DNA of 63,839 nt, counting the filler, from Octopus bimaculoides (lineage: Eukaryota): the NCBI RefSeq assembly GCF_001194135.2. It is 7 parts of 7 records of this genome, joined end to end, with 100 filler letters (N's around TTAATTAATTAA, not from the genome) between each part and the next. Parts side by side here need not be neighbours in the genome. Positions count along the whole stretch, not along the records: positions 1 to 21,252 come from NC_068986.1; positions 21,353 to 43,709 come from NC_068983.1; 5 more parts are not named here. One strand, written 5' to 3'. Positions 12,423 to 25,041 of the stretch are shown piece after piece (position 1 is the first letter of the stretch; every line of letters begins with the position of its first letter). The translations under genes were made by a program, and so were the position numbers. The notes beneath the pieces are model-generated. The model searched no databases. It was not told the origin of the DNA and was given only the letters and a program-made list of their open reading frames with translations.

Positions 12423-14005
12423 TGAATATCATTTCATAAAAGTTAAAAAGATTTAAAATTAATACGAATAAAAATTAATACGGAAAGAGTAAAAATTTCA
12501 AATATATAATATGATAATATAATCTAAGTCGATGTAGTAAAATAAAATGAGATGAAGAAATGAGGTACCATAAAGTAGTCTATCGGTTGAAAAAACAAAG
12601 ATAGAAGTGATTTAACACCACTTAGAATTAAAAGTTTAAAGTTCTTCAACTCCCTCAGGCACATTTCACCCTCAAAACCAGTAGACACCAAAAGGCAAGT
12701 TCGCACCAATCCGGCACACACAAGAGCGAACAACAGGCACCCAGCAGGTATCAACAGGCAAAAGTTCAGTTCCGCTCACCATGTCCAAAAAGGTTCACCA
12801 CACATGAGTCAAAAACAATTACAGCACACCGCAGGTATCCATCAGTAAAAACAATTTCACGAATTTCATCCAATACCTATGGCCATTTCGGAGGTATACC
12901 ACTGTATTTCAAAACACAATAGAGTGTAAACTGGTGATGATCCTCTTGTCAGGGTAAACACACGTACAAAGTCAAGACATGCACAAGGGAAAAAAAAAAA
13001 TGATTTTTATAAAAAGCAAATATATATAAACAAAATGGACCAGCCAATGTAAATAATTGGAGGATTCCAAAAAAACAAAAAAGTGTAATTTTAGAATAGC
13101 CAAACAGGCTGCACTATCAAAAGCAATCTATGAGGTTTCAATTCACCCTAATGTAAACTATTACACTTGTTATTATTTATTACTTTTAAAATTATTTTTA
13201 TCTCTGTACAGTTTCAAGAAGGTGGAGGAAAACTTATGGTTGCAGAAGGGGATTATCCCAGTGAACTTATAAGTGTTAGGGTGAATTGAAACCTCATAGA
13301 ATGGTTTTGATACTGCAGCCTGTTTGGCTATTCTAAAATTGCACTTTTCTTTTTTTGGGAATCCGCCAATTATTTACATAGGCTGGTCCATTTTGTTTAT
13401 ATATATATTTGCTCTTTATAAAAATCATTTTTTTCCCCCCCTTGTGCATGTCGTGACTTTGTACATGTGTTTACCCTGACGAGGGGATCATCACCAGTTT
13501 AAACTCTATTGTGTTTTGAAATACAGTGGTGTACCTCTGAAATGGCCATAGGTATTGTATGAAATTTGTGAAATTGTTTTTACTGATGCATACCTGCGGT
13601 GTGCTGTAATTGTTTTTGACTCATGTGTGGTGAACCTTTTTGGACATGGTGAGCGGAATTGAACTTTTGCCTGTTGATACTTGCTGGGTGCCTGTTGTTC
13701 GCTCTTGTGTGTGCCGGATTGGTGCGAACTTGCCTTTTGGTGTCTACTGGTTTTGAGGGTGAAATGTGCCCGAGGGAGTTGAAGAACTTTGAACTTTTAA
13801 TTCTAAGTGGTGTTAAATCACTTCTGTCTTTGTTTTTTCAACCGATAGACTACTTTATGGTACCTCATTTCTTCATCTCATTTTATTTTACTATATCGAC
13901 TTATATTATATTATTATATTATATATTTGAAATTTTTACTCCTTCCGTATTAATTTTTATTCGTATTAATTTTAATTTTTTAAAACTTCTATGAAATGAT
14001 ATTCA
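12423..14005. repeat. Long inverted repeat: arms 12423-13151 and 13276-14005, 124-nt spacer
   Basis: The arms are reverse complements from TGAATATCATTTCAT to ATTCACCCTAA, about 95% identical by eye. Near-identical peptides appear in ORFs 12524-12754(-) and 13659-13994(+). Confidence 0.95.
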
Positions 14006-14039
14006 CGCTGCCCTAACCACTGGGCCATTGCGCCTCCAC
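14004..14039 (-). mobile_element. Truncated tRNA-like head of a family F SINE
   Basis: Minus strand GTGGAGGCGCAATGGCCCAGTGGTTAGGGCAGCG matches the head of the SINE at 53160. Confidence 0.75.
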
Positions 14040-14759
14040 ATTATGTAAATAATTATAAGAATAACATGATCTGGCAGCAGATGTGTACCAGGATGTCATC
14101 AGGTGAGTGGCTTTGATAGCACTGTAGAACCATATTCAATTTCCCATCATTTTATACCCAATTGTATTTCTAGCATTCTCTTTATACTGAGTAACTTATA
14201 GATTCAAATAGAGATAAGTCATAAAAATACCAAATTAAATAATGGCAATAAAAAATTAAAATATAAAATTACAAAACAAATAAAACCAAAATTAGTTAAT
14301 AGAAATCAAAATTAAAAGTATAAACATAAATCAAACCTAAAATTCTGTCTTTTTTAATTCCATCACAAGCATGTTGCTTTTTTTTCCTGAAGATAAATTA
14401 GCAGCCTGAAATATCAGGATATAGATGAGAAGCATTCATTAGCTCTTTTGTCAGTAATTATTTTTTTACTTTAAAGGACTCATGGTCATCCTTTTATCCT
14501 AGTGGAATGCCACCTTGTCTGCTAGTCCACTCATAAAACTGAATTTCAATTGTCCTGGTACCCATCACAGTTGCTTAATCAGTCATTAAAAGATGTCTAA
14601 ATTTTGCATACACTGACAGAGTATTACATGTATAGCCAATAAAAAGAATAACCCTGCTGCCTGATGGCATATAGTAACTGAAAATCATAGAGGAACTTTG
14701 AAATGTATCTAATGAGGTTATTACCTAGATGATATTAAAAATATATATATATATGTGAA

Positions 14760-15540
14760 GGTGCATGCTTTAATGGTTGGGTAATTTGGCTCATGATTGT
14801 AGGGTTGTGAGGTCAATTCTTTGCAGCATGCTGTGTCCGTCTCTTCAGAGTTTTCCTCTTTCTGCTGAAGAGCCATGCTTGAAACATCACACCCTACTCT
14901 TTTTTTACCAGCTTAAATTGAGTAACAACTTAATACATTCACTATGTATGACTTTTGATCTTTGTCGTTTTTATTTTTATTTTTATTTTTGATTTACCTA
15001 TATATATGTGTGTTTGTGTGTGTAATCAATATCATCATCATTGTTTTAATGCTCGTTTTTCCTTAAATTGCATGGGTCATCAGACAAAGTTTATTGAAAT
15101 TAATTCTCAAGTACCAGATATCCAACCTTCACTTGTTTCTAAGCAAGATAGTATTTCCCTATGGCCATACAGGTTTATTTTTAACAGACAATTGGAAATG
15201 AATGGTGAAACTTGTTTACAACGATCATGTGATATCAAGACAAACAAATGCTCACACACACATAATTACATACATAATACACACACATGCAGATGAATAT
15301 ACACAAGAAGCTTCCTTCAGTTTCTGTCTATCAATCCACTCATGAGGTTTTATATATCATCAGCATTCATTATCATCATCATCCCCATATCACCATTAAA
15401 TGTCTGTTTTCCATACTAGCATTGGTTGAATGGTTTTGCAGGAACTGGTAAACCAGAGGACTGTATAAAGCTCTAATGTTGCCTTTGGCATGGCTTCAGT
15501 GACTGGATAACTTCCTTAAAGCCAGTTGCTTTTATGTGCT
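14760..15540. mobile_element. Cluster of degenerate SINE and RTE-tail fragments
   Basis: A-head-like segment at 14760-14880, reverse A fragment at 15300-15350, and RTE-type tail (TTAAATGTCTGTTTTCCATACTAGCATTGG) at 15395-15540. Confidence 0.6.
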
Positions 15541-18500
15541 AGGTATATTTTACTGGTGTTTATCTTTAAATTCAAGCATTAAATAAAGAGAGAAAGCAAT
15601 TTTAATATAGTCATTATCTAGCACTAGTAACATTCCCATGCAATTAGGTACCTATTTCTGATAACTTACAAGGTTTGAGAAATTAAATTTAACAGTACTG
15701 TCCAAATATAAAAAGAAATGAATCCGGTGAAGTTAATTTAGTTAAGCCAAACAAGCAACTACTGAGAAGTTTCGTCTGCTGTAAATAACAGCAGCAATGA
15801 AATTCGTCAGCTTGGGGTTCTAAAATTAGTTCTGTCCACCAGTAACTCACGCAAAAAGAGGTTTATTCTTCTCACCTGATTAATGCTACAGAAACTTTAG
15901 TCAAGCACCAATACAATGGTTTCTTGTGGTGTGTAAAGAATTATTCTGCATTAGAATTTAACTTTGGTACTCACTCTAAAAAGCATTAGGTAGCCACACA
16001 ATGAATCTTTTGAGGTCTACAAAGGATTTTTAGTGCTAACATTTAGGTAAAGTTTGATTTTGAATTGTAAGCAAAACCATTCTGGAGTAGTGCTTTCATA
16101 ATTCTGACTCTGAAAATAATTAACCAGTGACCAAACAAGAGTCTTTTCTCCTTTTTTACTACATTGAAAAAGTTACATACATCACTCCATTTTTTATTGA
16201 TTTCATTTTCATTTGTATGACAACAAAAAACAGGAACTTATTTCTTGACACTTGATAAATAAAAATATAAATAAATCTTTGCTATAATGAAATTTTTAAC
16301 TTGTTAGAACTATAGAATATCCAATCCTGTATTCTACTAGTCAATGTCACCTTCTACCATTACTGTAACTTCTAAAATAGATATAAAGCTACACAGTCTA
16401 GAAGCCGTACATAGTTCATCCAATCAAATCCAGTACTTGACTTATCCTTATTTTATCAATTCCAGTGGAATGGAAAGTAAAGTCAATCCAAGCAGGATCT
16501 GAACTCTGATTGTAGAAAAAGGTATTAAATATCATGAAGTATTTGTCCATCCATTGATGTACTAAATCCGTCTACTGAATCTGAAACTCTTCATCTTTCT
16601 ACTGTGTCTATTCATTATCGTTTTTTCTTTTTCCCAATTCAATAATGATATTGAATTACTTTTAATGGTAATTTATTTCCCCTTGATAAATTCAAATGTC
16701 ACTCTTCTAATAACCTCCATAGTGTACTCTCTATGAAATTCAGTCCCTATTAATAGAGTAATTAATAGTCCCTATTAATTACTCTATCAACACTTCTTGT
16801 AACATCTATTATAGTACTCAAGTAGCTACTCTGTTTACTTTAAGCTATTCTGTTTTCTTATTTTCCAATTTTCCTCTCTCTAAACCTCTTAAGAAAGCCT
16901 CAAATGTCTTCTCAAGTAATTTCTCTATTACAGTTTGTTGTAAAACTCAGTTAACTCAAAGCAATCTGTCCTTTGCCCTTGCTACCCCACCAAATTGTAT
17001 CTCTTGTAACCCCTCAAATAACTTTCAACTTACATATCAAGGGACCAAAAGTAATTTCATTCAGGGAATAAAAAAACTATGTGGTTCCTGGATCTACTTG
17101 AAATAACTACCCTCAAAGAACACCCTACTTACTTGAAAAAAGTTTGACCATATTGGATAATGTAGTCCTAGCTCTGCAGTTCCTATGAGGATGAGGTGGT
17201 CGCAGTTGGAATACATTTGAGCATAGGCTTGTTCAATTATAGTTCATCTGACGGTGGCAGTGGTGGTAGGGGTTGCTAAACAATAGCAGCAACAGCACTA
17301 ACAAGATCTCTCATAATCTCTGCAATATCATTATTTGTAATCCTTTAGAAACCTCTCAAGTAAATTCTATAGATATTAGGTTATAGCCAACAGAAAGGAG
17401 GAAAAAAAAACATTAAGAATAAGAGGTGGGGAAAAAAGCAGCAGAAAACTTCATTTCAAGAGGTGGACTGTTAAAACGAAATCAATGCCTAAAAAGATTA
17501 CCAGTAAATTCACTTTGATTTTGTTGCCTGAATTTACACAGTTAAAGCTATTATTTGTTAAATCATATTCAAATACTTTTACACAATTTTAGGCAAGTAT
17601 TTGTTATTGCTTTATACTGTTATGTAAAAAAAAAACAACAAACTATCCAGGGAAGTTTTCCAGCTGCCTAAACATGCAAATATAAAAACCTAACTAAATG
17701 CACTAGGGATCTCATGCACATAATGATATTCTCTTTCCTCTTACACATCCTTGCTAAATTGACCTTTTTCTTCTCTTACAGCTTTGACTGGCTTTAGATG
17801 CAGCCTTTAGGTTATTTGCTTTACATATCCTAAGGGCTTATTGCTGCCTCTCATTCTGAGGTCCCATTGGTGTTCACTGACGGTTATATTGTTAATAAGG
17901 AGTTTATGACATTATAACATTGCTACAATAGCATTATGTGAAAGTGCAATCACATTGGAGAATAGTCATACTGCGGGGTCAAAAAACAGAATAAAAAATG
18001 TCAGAATCTCATAGGCAGCAATTGACTGGAGGAGTGCAGCAGAAAATAGATGAGGCTGCTGGCTTTTGATTGTGATCATATCATAACTCTGCTTACAAAT
18101 AAAGGCTGCAAAGTTATTTTCCTTCAGGCAAAAGAAGGGAAAATGCATGATTTTTCTTGATTTTTGTTTTCTATTTAAGCATTTTGCGACCACTTTCCCC
18201 ATATTATCAAATTAGCCTGAGACAACATGCTGTTATTTTTCCCTGCAGAATCCTTGGTTGTCTGTTTTCCATACTAAATAAATTCAGATCATCATACGAA
18301 AGAAAATAACCAATCAATAAAATTGGAAAATATTATATTTTCTTAACCAAGAGTAAAATATTTAATATATTTTCTGCAGTAAAATATTCAAACTGAGATG
18401 CTTATTTTCTGATGATTCCTTTCAGCTTGTCAAAAACAGTTTATTTCAGTTTACAAAACACTTCTCTCAGCTAAGATTATATACAAAATATTCAAGATTA

Positions 18501-19854
18501 TTGGAGACAAACAAACTATAAATTGAATGAAAGTTATTTAGAAGCAAATATTTTATGTATACATTTTTCTGTGGTAAGTGACGCAGAGTAAAAAGTAGGA
18601 AGCTTTTGAATGAGCAGAGCTCCCCAACTGCTTTTAGTTTTGATCTCATTTTAAGGCATCACACTCCTCTTTCGCTGCTAACAACTTTAAAAAAGGCTTG
18701 AACACTAGACTGTTCCCATATTCACTTTGTGAAATATAGAGCTCATATGTTTTGTAAAAATAAAAATAAGTGTTAGATATGTAATGCAATAAGAATTTTA
18801 CATACAGAATGTGACAAACATAGTAAGTACATCAAAAGGGGGAAATAAAAATAAGAAATAAGAAATGTGAGGGAAATGAAAATAAGAAATGAAGAAACAA
18901 AGACTTTTATTATAGTGTTATTTTCCTAAGTAAATTTGTTGATTAAATGAAAGGGTTTCAATGGAGAATCAAATGTTTCAACAATCCATTCCTGCATAAA
19001 CCCTTTTGATATCAATCTATCCAGAACTGCTCTAGTTCTATGATATGAGCTTCCTGTTTTAAAGTTATCTAAATTAAAACCTCCCATCAAAATTTAATGT
19101 TAAATAAAGTTTCAAACACCAGCTTAATACTGACAGATGTTTCACTAAATACTTTATTATTTTCAAAATTGATTGAAAAACGGCATGGTTTTTTACAGAA
19201 CTATGATAACAAGAGGTTTAATTAAAAATGGTTTATTTATAATTGCTATGGAATAGAAATTATCTAAAAATAAACGGTAGTTATATTTCGTCCGTTATTT
19301 ATTTGCAAATTAAATATAAACTCACAAGCACACATATATCATTTTGATTTTCTTTTATATGTCCTTTATGATAATACAGACATCAACACTGGCTTATATG
19401 AATATATAAACATGCACTTAGCCGACAAAGGAATCTATTTGTGATTTTTCTCTCTACTGTAAATAATAAATCTTAATCTTCCTCTTATCTCACCCTTCCA
19501 CTTTGAAAGGAAAAGGAAAGGATACAATGGATAACTTCTAAAATAGATGAGTTGGTCATAGTGGAGAAAATTTTTGATCATAGCTCTGCTCAATCAGAAA
19601 TGAATTGAGTAAACAACAGCAACAACAACAACAACAAAAGCAACATAAATATGCAAAATACTTATATAATATGGTTGGTATATTTATAATGAAGTGAATT
19701 AGTACTAAGTTAATATGCTGAAAATTACTATAAAATTGTTGTATTTAACTGCCAATGTGGGTTAATGGTGTGCTGTATGAATTTAAACAACACGTAGAAT
19801 TACACAGAATAATATTGGTAATTAGTGAATAGACAACATAATATATATATATCA

Positions 19855-20325
19855 TCAACATCATCATTTAACATCCGCTGTCCATGTTGGCATGGGCTGA
19901 ATCGTTTGACCAGAGCTGGCAAACTGGGGAGCTGCATCAGACACCAGTCTGATGGGGCATGGCTTCTATGACATGGTTTCTATGGCATGGTTTCTTAACG
20001 CCAACTGCTTTACAGAATGTGTTGGGGGATTTTAAGTGGCAGCGCATGGGAATTTTCTCTGACACCACACAGGCACTTTTACATGGCACTGCAAAGGCAC
20101 TTTTAGGTGGCACTAGATGGGGGCTTTTAAGTAGCACTGCATGGATACTTTTATGTGTTGCTGCCACAAGTGCTTTACACCACAAGAAGGATTGGTCTTA
20201 ACGCTCCTGCTGTGGAGTGCAGGTCTTCTTGAGTATGGCAAGGTGCCAGGCATCTCAGTCCTTTGTCATCTCATCTGAAAGGCTCAGCATCCTGTGCATT
20301 TGCTCAATGTTTAGATGTCTTGGAC
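19855..20325 (-). mobile_element. RTE-like LINE 3' end (ORF2 C-terminus plus sub-repeated 3' UTR)
   Basis: Minus-strand translation ...MLSLSDEMTKD*DAWHLAILKKT resembles an RTE ORF2 end. Degenerate ~23-bp GGCAC..GTAAAA sub-repeats and a (GAT)n tail follow. Confidence 0.75.
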
Positions 20326-20640
20326 TAGCTGTGAAAGAGAGAAATAATGTTGCCAGAAAATTGTTGAAAGCCACTGAGAAAGCAAGCAATTACATTTGGT
20401 GCAAGAAAGAGGACAAGTAATGCAGCAAGAACCAAAATTGATGATGATAAGAAACATCTGGCCCAGAGTTTCACCATCTGACTCAACAACAAGGCTGAAA
20501 GTGTTGTATGAGAATCATATTGCCTACATCAAAGATTGGTGCAGCTCTGAAGTTGTGGTAGAAGAGGCCAAAATACCTACAGAGCTACTTCACCACCTGA
20601 TGAAATATTAGCTCCCGCATTTGAAGGCAAAGTACAACAA
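20325..20640 (+). mobile_element. Possible 3' fragment of a HERO-like RLE retrotransposon
   Basis: LAVKERNNVARKLLKATEKASNYIWCKKEDK* resembles the HERO C-terminal motif (A.E.AS.W.W.K) as I recall it. Confidence 0.3.
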
Positions 20641-21176
20641 TATCTTTGGCACACAATTGTTTACTCTCTCCCTCTCTCTCATACACATACACACACACTT
20701 GTGTGTGTGTGTGTGTGTACATGCTGACATATTATTGTATGTGGATGTATATATGTAGCAGAGGTAGAAGAAAAAATTGAAGTTTATATGTCTAGTTTAT
20801 ATGTCTGTGGTTGCCCCAAAATAATTGATCATTAGTGTTGACCTTGATTTCACTACTACTACTACTACTAAAATGTCTATTCATTAATTTTTTCATATAG
20901 GCTGACCATTTGATGACCTGTATATCAGTTCACATTTGACCATATGGCTTTGGTCACACAAGCTTCTTTCCTTCTTTTCCATTATTAATTTCACATCAAC
21001 ATTTATTTTCCTAGTTTCTTTCCAGTTAATATTTCCCCAATGGTACAGTCAATTTAATGTAACAGATGATGAACAAAAGTGTATGCATCTTAGGGTATCC
21101 TTTCACACAAACACACACATACATGCATGTACATACACATTTACACATACACATGCAGCTGAACACATACATACAC

Positions 21177-21252
<76 letters not shown>

Positions 21253-21374
21253 NNNNNNNNNNNNNNNNNNNNNNNNNNNNNNNNNNNNNNNNNNNNTTAA
21301 TTAATTAANNNNNNNNNNNNNNNNNNNNNNNNNNNNNNNNNNNNNNNNNNNNTGTGTGTGTGTGTGTGTGTGTG

Positions 21375-21830
21375 TCTTGATTTCAGATCTCGACTCAAGA
21401 CCAGCAAAATCCGTATGCGAGATAAGCAGCTAACATCGCTCCGAGAGCTCAACTCCAGCTTATTTTACCGTCCCCGAAAGAACGAAAGGTAAGGTCAATC
21501 ATGGTGGTATTTGAAACCAAAACATAAACACGTACGAAATTCAGCTATGCATTTTGCCTGGCCTGTTAACGATTTTTCCAGCTCTCCTACTCCTTTCTCT
21601 TTTACTCTTTTACTTGTTTCAGTCATTTAACTGTCGCCATTCTAAAGCACCGCCTTTAGTCGAAGGCATCGACCTCAGGACTTATTCTTTGTATGCCTAA
21701 TACTTATTCTATCGGTCTCTTTTGCAGAACCGCTAAGGTATGGGGACGTAAACACACCAGCATCGGTTGTCAAGCGATGTTGGGAGACAAACACAGACAC
21801 ACAAACATATACACACACATACATACAAAA
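21375..21830 (-). mobile_element. Family E SINE plus D-tail SINE fragment
   Basis: CCCCGAAAGAACGAAAGGTAAGGTCAA at about 21470; TACTCTTTTACTTGTTTCAGTCATTTAACTG at about 21603. Confidence 0.8.
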
Positions 21831-23009
21831 ATAATTCGCTAAACCATTTTATCATAAGATATGTGCTCAGATTCCTTGCTTTTGTGGTGTTATTTAATAC
21901 AATCTGTGTTCCCTGTTTGAAAATGACTGAAAATGTATGATTGTTTCTAGATGTGCCAAAAGATTCAAACCTACCTTTATTACTTACGCGAAAAGGATTA
22001 TAGCCAACTTCTCACAATTCCACGTTGTTCTTCATACGACTAACATTCGCTACAGTTTTCTATATGTGGATGTCCGTGTCTGTATATGTGTGTTTGGCCA
22101 GACCTATTAAAGTACTTCAAGAAAATATACTTTCATGAATGATCTTATATTCAATGTATTTTATGATCTCTGATACATTAGCATTTGAAAAATCTATGCT
22201 AATATGTGTAAATGAGAATAACATGATGTGTCGTGTGCACTTTGAAGATATTCATAGCACTAAAGCTTTTAATTAAAATTGTATTATTACAACGGATACA
22301 ATCTCAACGGAACAGTCTCATATAAATAATTTATTCATTTTTCTTAGTAACCGATTGAACTTGGAAAAGATTTATTCTATATCTTAGATGTTAATTGTAG
22401 GCTATACTTCATCTTGCTTAGCCCTTTTATTGCTTCAATCATTGACCACCATTTTGGATATTTGTGACTGTGAGACCATTAGTGGCATGCTTCCAAGCAC
22501 CTTTATCTAACATATTTTCTCCTATGGCTTCAAGCCAATTATGGAATCTTCATTTCTATATGTTCGATGTATTACCGGTCTTTTAATATTTTATTATTCC
22601 TATTTTGCTATTTCATTCAAATGTATTGATTATTACATTTCTTCGTTAATGTCTACACTAGATCTAAGGAAGATGAGCTAAAGATTTTAACAAGGTGTAG
22701 TGGGATTTTCTACAAGTTATATTTCAGATAATATTTATTACTCTAGACTTTCCTGCTGTGATTATAAGAAGTTAAATGTATAACTTCAGTTAATGTTTTC
22801 TTCGTTTATTTCTATTATACTTATCTTTTGCGCCCTATTTTTTATATGACTTACACTAATTTTATGTTTATATATTTATCTAATTTTCTTTTAAATTTTG
22901 ATTGGCATATTCAAATTTCACAGAAATATACAACAAAGTTTATAGCGTCAGATGATATTCAATGTCTCAATAGGGGTGCAAATTTTACACAGATATAAGT
23001 GTGTGTGTG

Positions 23010-23078
<69 letters not shown>

Positions 23079-23129
23079 TCGTGTGTAGGTGTGTATGTGC
23101 GTGTGTTTGTGTGCGGATATATATATCTA

Positions 23130-23680
23130 AAACATTTGAAAATCACTGTAAACTGTGAAACTGGTTAAATCTTTAAATATAATAATAAATTGAATTTGGT
23201 GTGCCTTGATTGTAACTAAATATGTTCACTCAACCGTGTCGGCCTTCATTTTAGGCGCAAAATATACTGATACGTGACACTAATGCACGGATGAAGCGGG
23301 CAACGAACTGAGGTTGCTAAAATTGATCCCGTGTTCATTCTCTACAAACATTTGACAGAAAAAATTCACAGCATTTGATTTTTTAGTACTGCCACTAGAC
23401 TTGTTCATTCAACCGTGTCAGCCTTAACATATAGCGCTAAACATTGTCATTTGATACTAACATACGGACGTAGCGGTGAACCAACAACAGATATTTCTAA
23501 GACCAGCCATTTGACTATCCTCTACCAATGAAACCCTATTCAAAACATATTTAATTGAACCATGAATCTCCAATATAGGAGAAAATCAGCTGCGACAAAA
23601 GCCGCGTCTTTCTATTGGAAACTTTTGAAAATCACTGTAAACTGTGAAACCGGCTAAATCTTTAAATATAATAATAAAAA
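23130..23680. repeat. Nested direct duplications (about 60 bp at 490-bp spacing, about 100 bp at 180-bp spacing)
   Basis: TTTGAAAATCACTGTAAACTGTGAAAC..AAATCTTTAAATATAATAATAAA occurs at about 23135 and 23625. GTTCA(C/T)TCAACCGTGTC(G/A)GCCTT occurs at about 23224 and 23403. Confidence 0.8.
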
Positions 23681-23765
23681 ATATTTCAACTATTCTCAGT
23701 GCAATTTCAAATTTATTTCTTCTATATTTCTACGCGTGTTGAATAAACTAGCTCTGTTTTCTCCC

Positions 23766-23824
<59 letters not shown>

Positions 23825-24821
23825 TTTCTCTCTCTCTCGATATATATATATATATATAAACAGAGGTTTGTCAGTAAACAGGCATATCTGTATGTATATA
23901 TCGTGAAGTATATTTGCTAACTAAATGAGGTAAATCATTCTATTGACCAATTGCGTCATCAAAGACACAGATTTGCTGCTAAAAATGTATGTTAAAATAA
24001 TAAAGATTACGTTCAGGTTTTTTCATCATTCATCCCAGGTGGAAAGAAAATTATTCGGATATTTGCTGTATTCTCATGTCTCAGTGACATATATCTTTGT
24101 GTGTTTCAGAGTCCTGTATCACTTCTTCCCGCTACAACTAGCTAAATCATATCGTTCAAATACGCGAGCCAAGTTGTAGTTTCATTCCTTCTGAAAGTTT
24201 TTTTTTTTTCATTACTTGTATGTAATGCAATCTTTGAAAGAATAGCTGAAAAGTATTCTCCTAAAATGTAACCTCTAAAATTTGTTTGAGATGAGGCACA
24301 TTGATTTATAGAATTTGAAATATCTGCACAAGTATCGTGACGGATATAAACATTAATATTAAACATTAAGAAATATATGAACATATTTAGAAACGATTAC
24401 AATGCATTTAATTGTTTTTCAAACCAGTTAAATTGTTTCGCTTTTCAGCTTCAGTTTGAAAATTAAATATATGTCATTATTGTATATTTAGTAGAGTGTT
24501 CGCATTGATATATTACTGAAAATTGTATGGCATTTTATATTTTCTACCAAGGGGTAATTATTTATGTGATGTCTAAAAATCATCACACTGATGTTGCATA
24601 AGACTCAAAATATTCGCATTGATTACTCCTAAAATGTTCTTGGTAGGTATAAAACGAGAGGCTATAGTGAATGCTTCCAGTTATATACTTAATGATACAC
24701 ACAGTACGATGACCTTTATACGGTATGATGTGTTGTCTCTTCAAAAGCAACACTGACTTCGTGTGACAACATTCGTAATGTGAGAAGCAATATGTTTTTC
24801 TTACATAATGTAGGTAATAAT

Positions 24822-25041
24822 TATTTCTACTCTCAGAACAAGGCTTTGAAAATTTTTATGAGATGTGGGGCCCTAGTCGGTTACATGGACCACAGTGCGT
24901 AACTAGTACTTATTTCCTTGACTCCGAAAGAATGAAAGGCGAAGTCGACCACAGCGGAATTTGAACTCACAACGTAACAGCAGAGAGAATAGTGCTAAGC
25001 CCTTCTCCCGGTTTGCTAACAATTCTCCCAACTCACCGCCC
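24822..25041 (-). mobile_element. Family E SINE with a 20-bp target-site duplication
   Basis: TACATAATGTAGGTAATAAT at 24802-24821 and 25042-25061 flanks the SINE. Confidence 0.9.

Noticed and set aside
12524-13994. Paired hydrophobic ORFs (AGCLLFALVCAGLVRTC...) as duplicated secreted-peptide genes
   Set aside because: They simply mirror the inverted repeat. I see no splice or homology support and no sign of codon-level conservation.
15780-15876. Intron-like segment on the minus strand (CAG/GTGAGA ... TTTACAG)
   Set aside because: All frames of the upstream flank contain stops; it could only be non-coding and has no other support.
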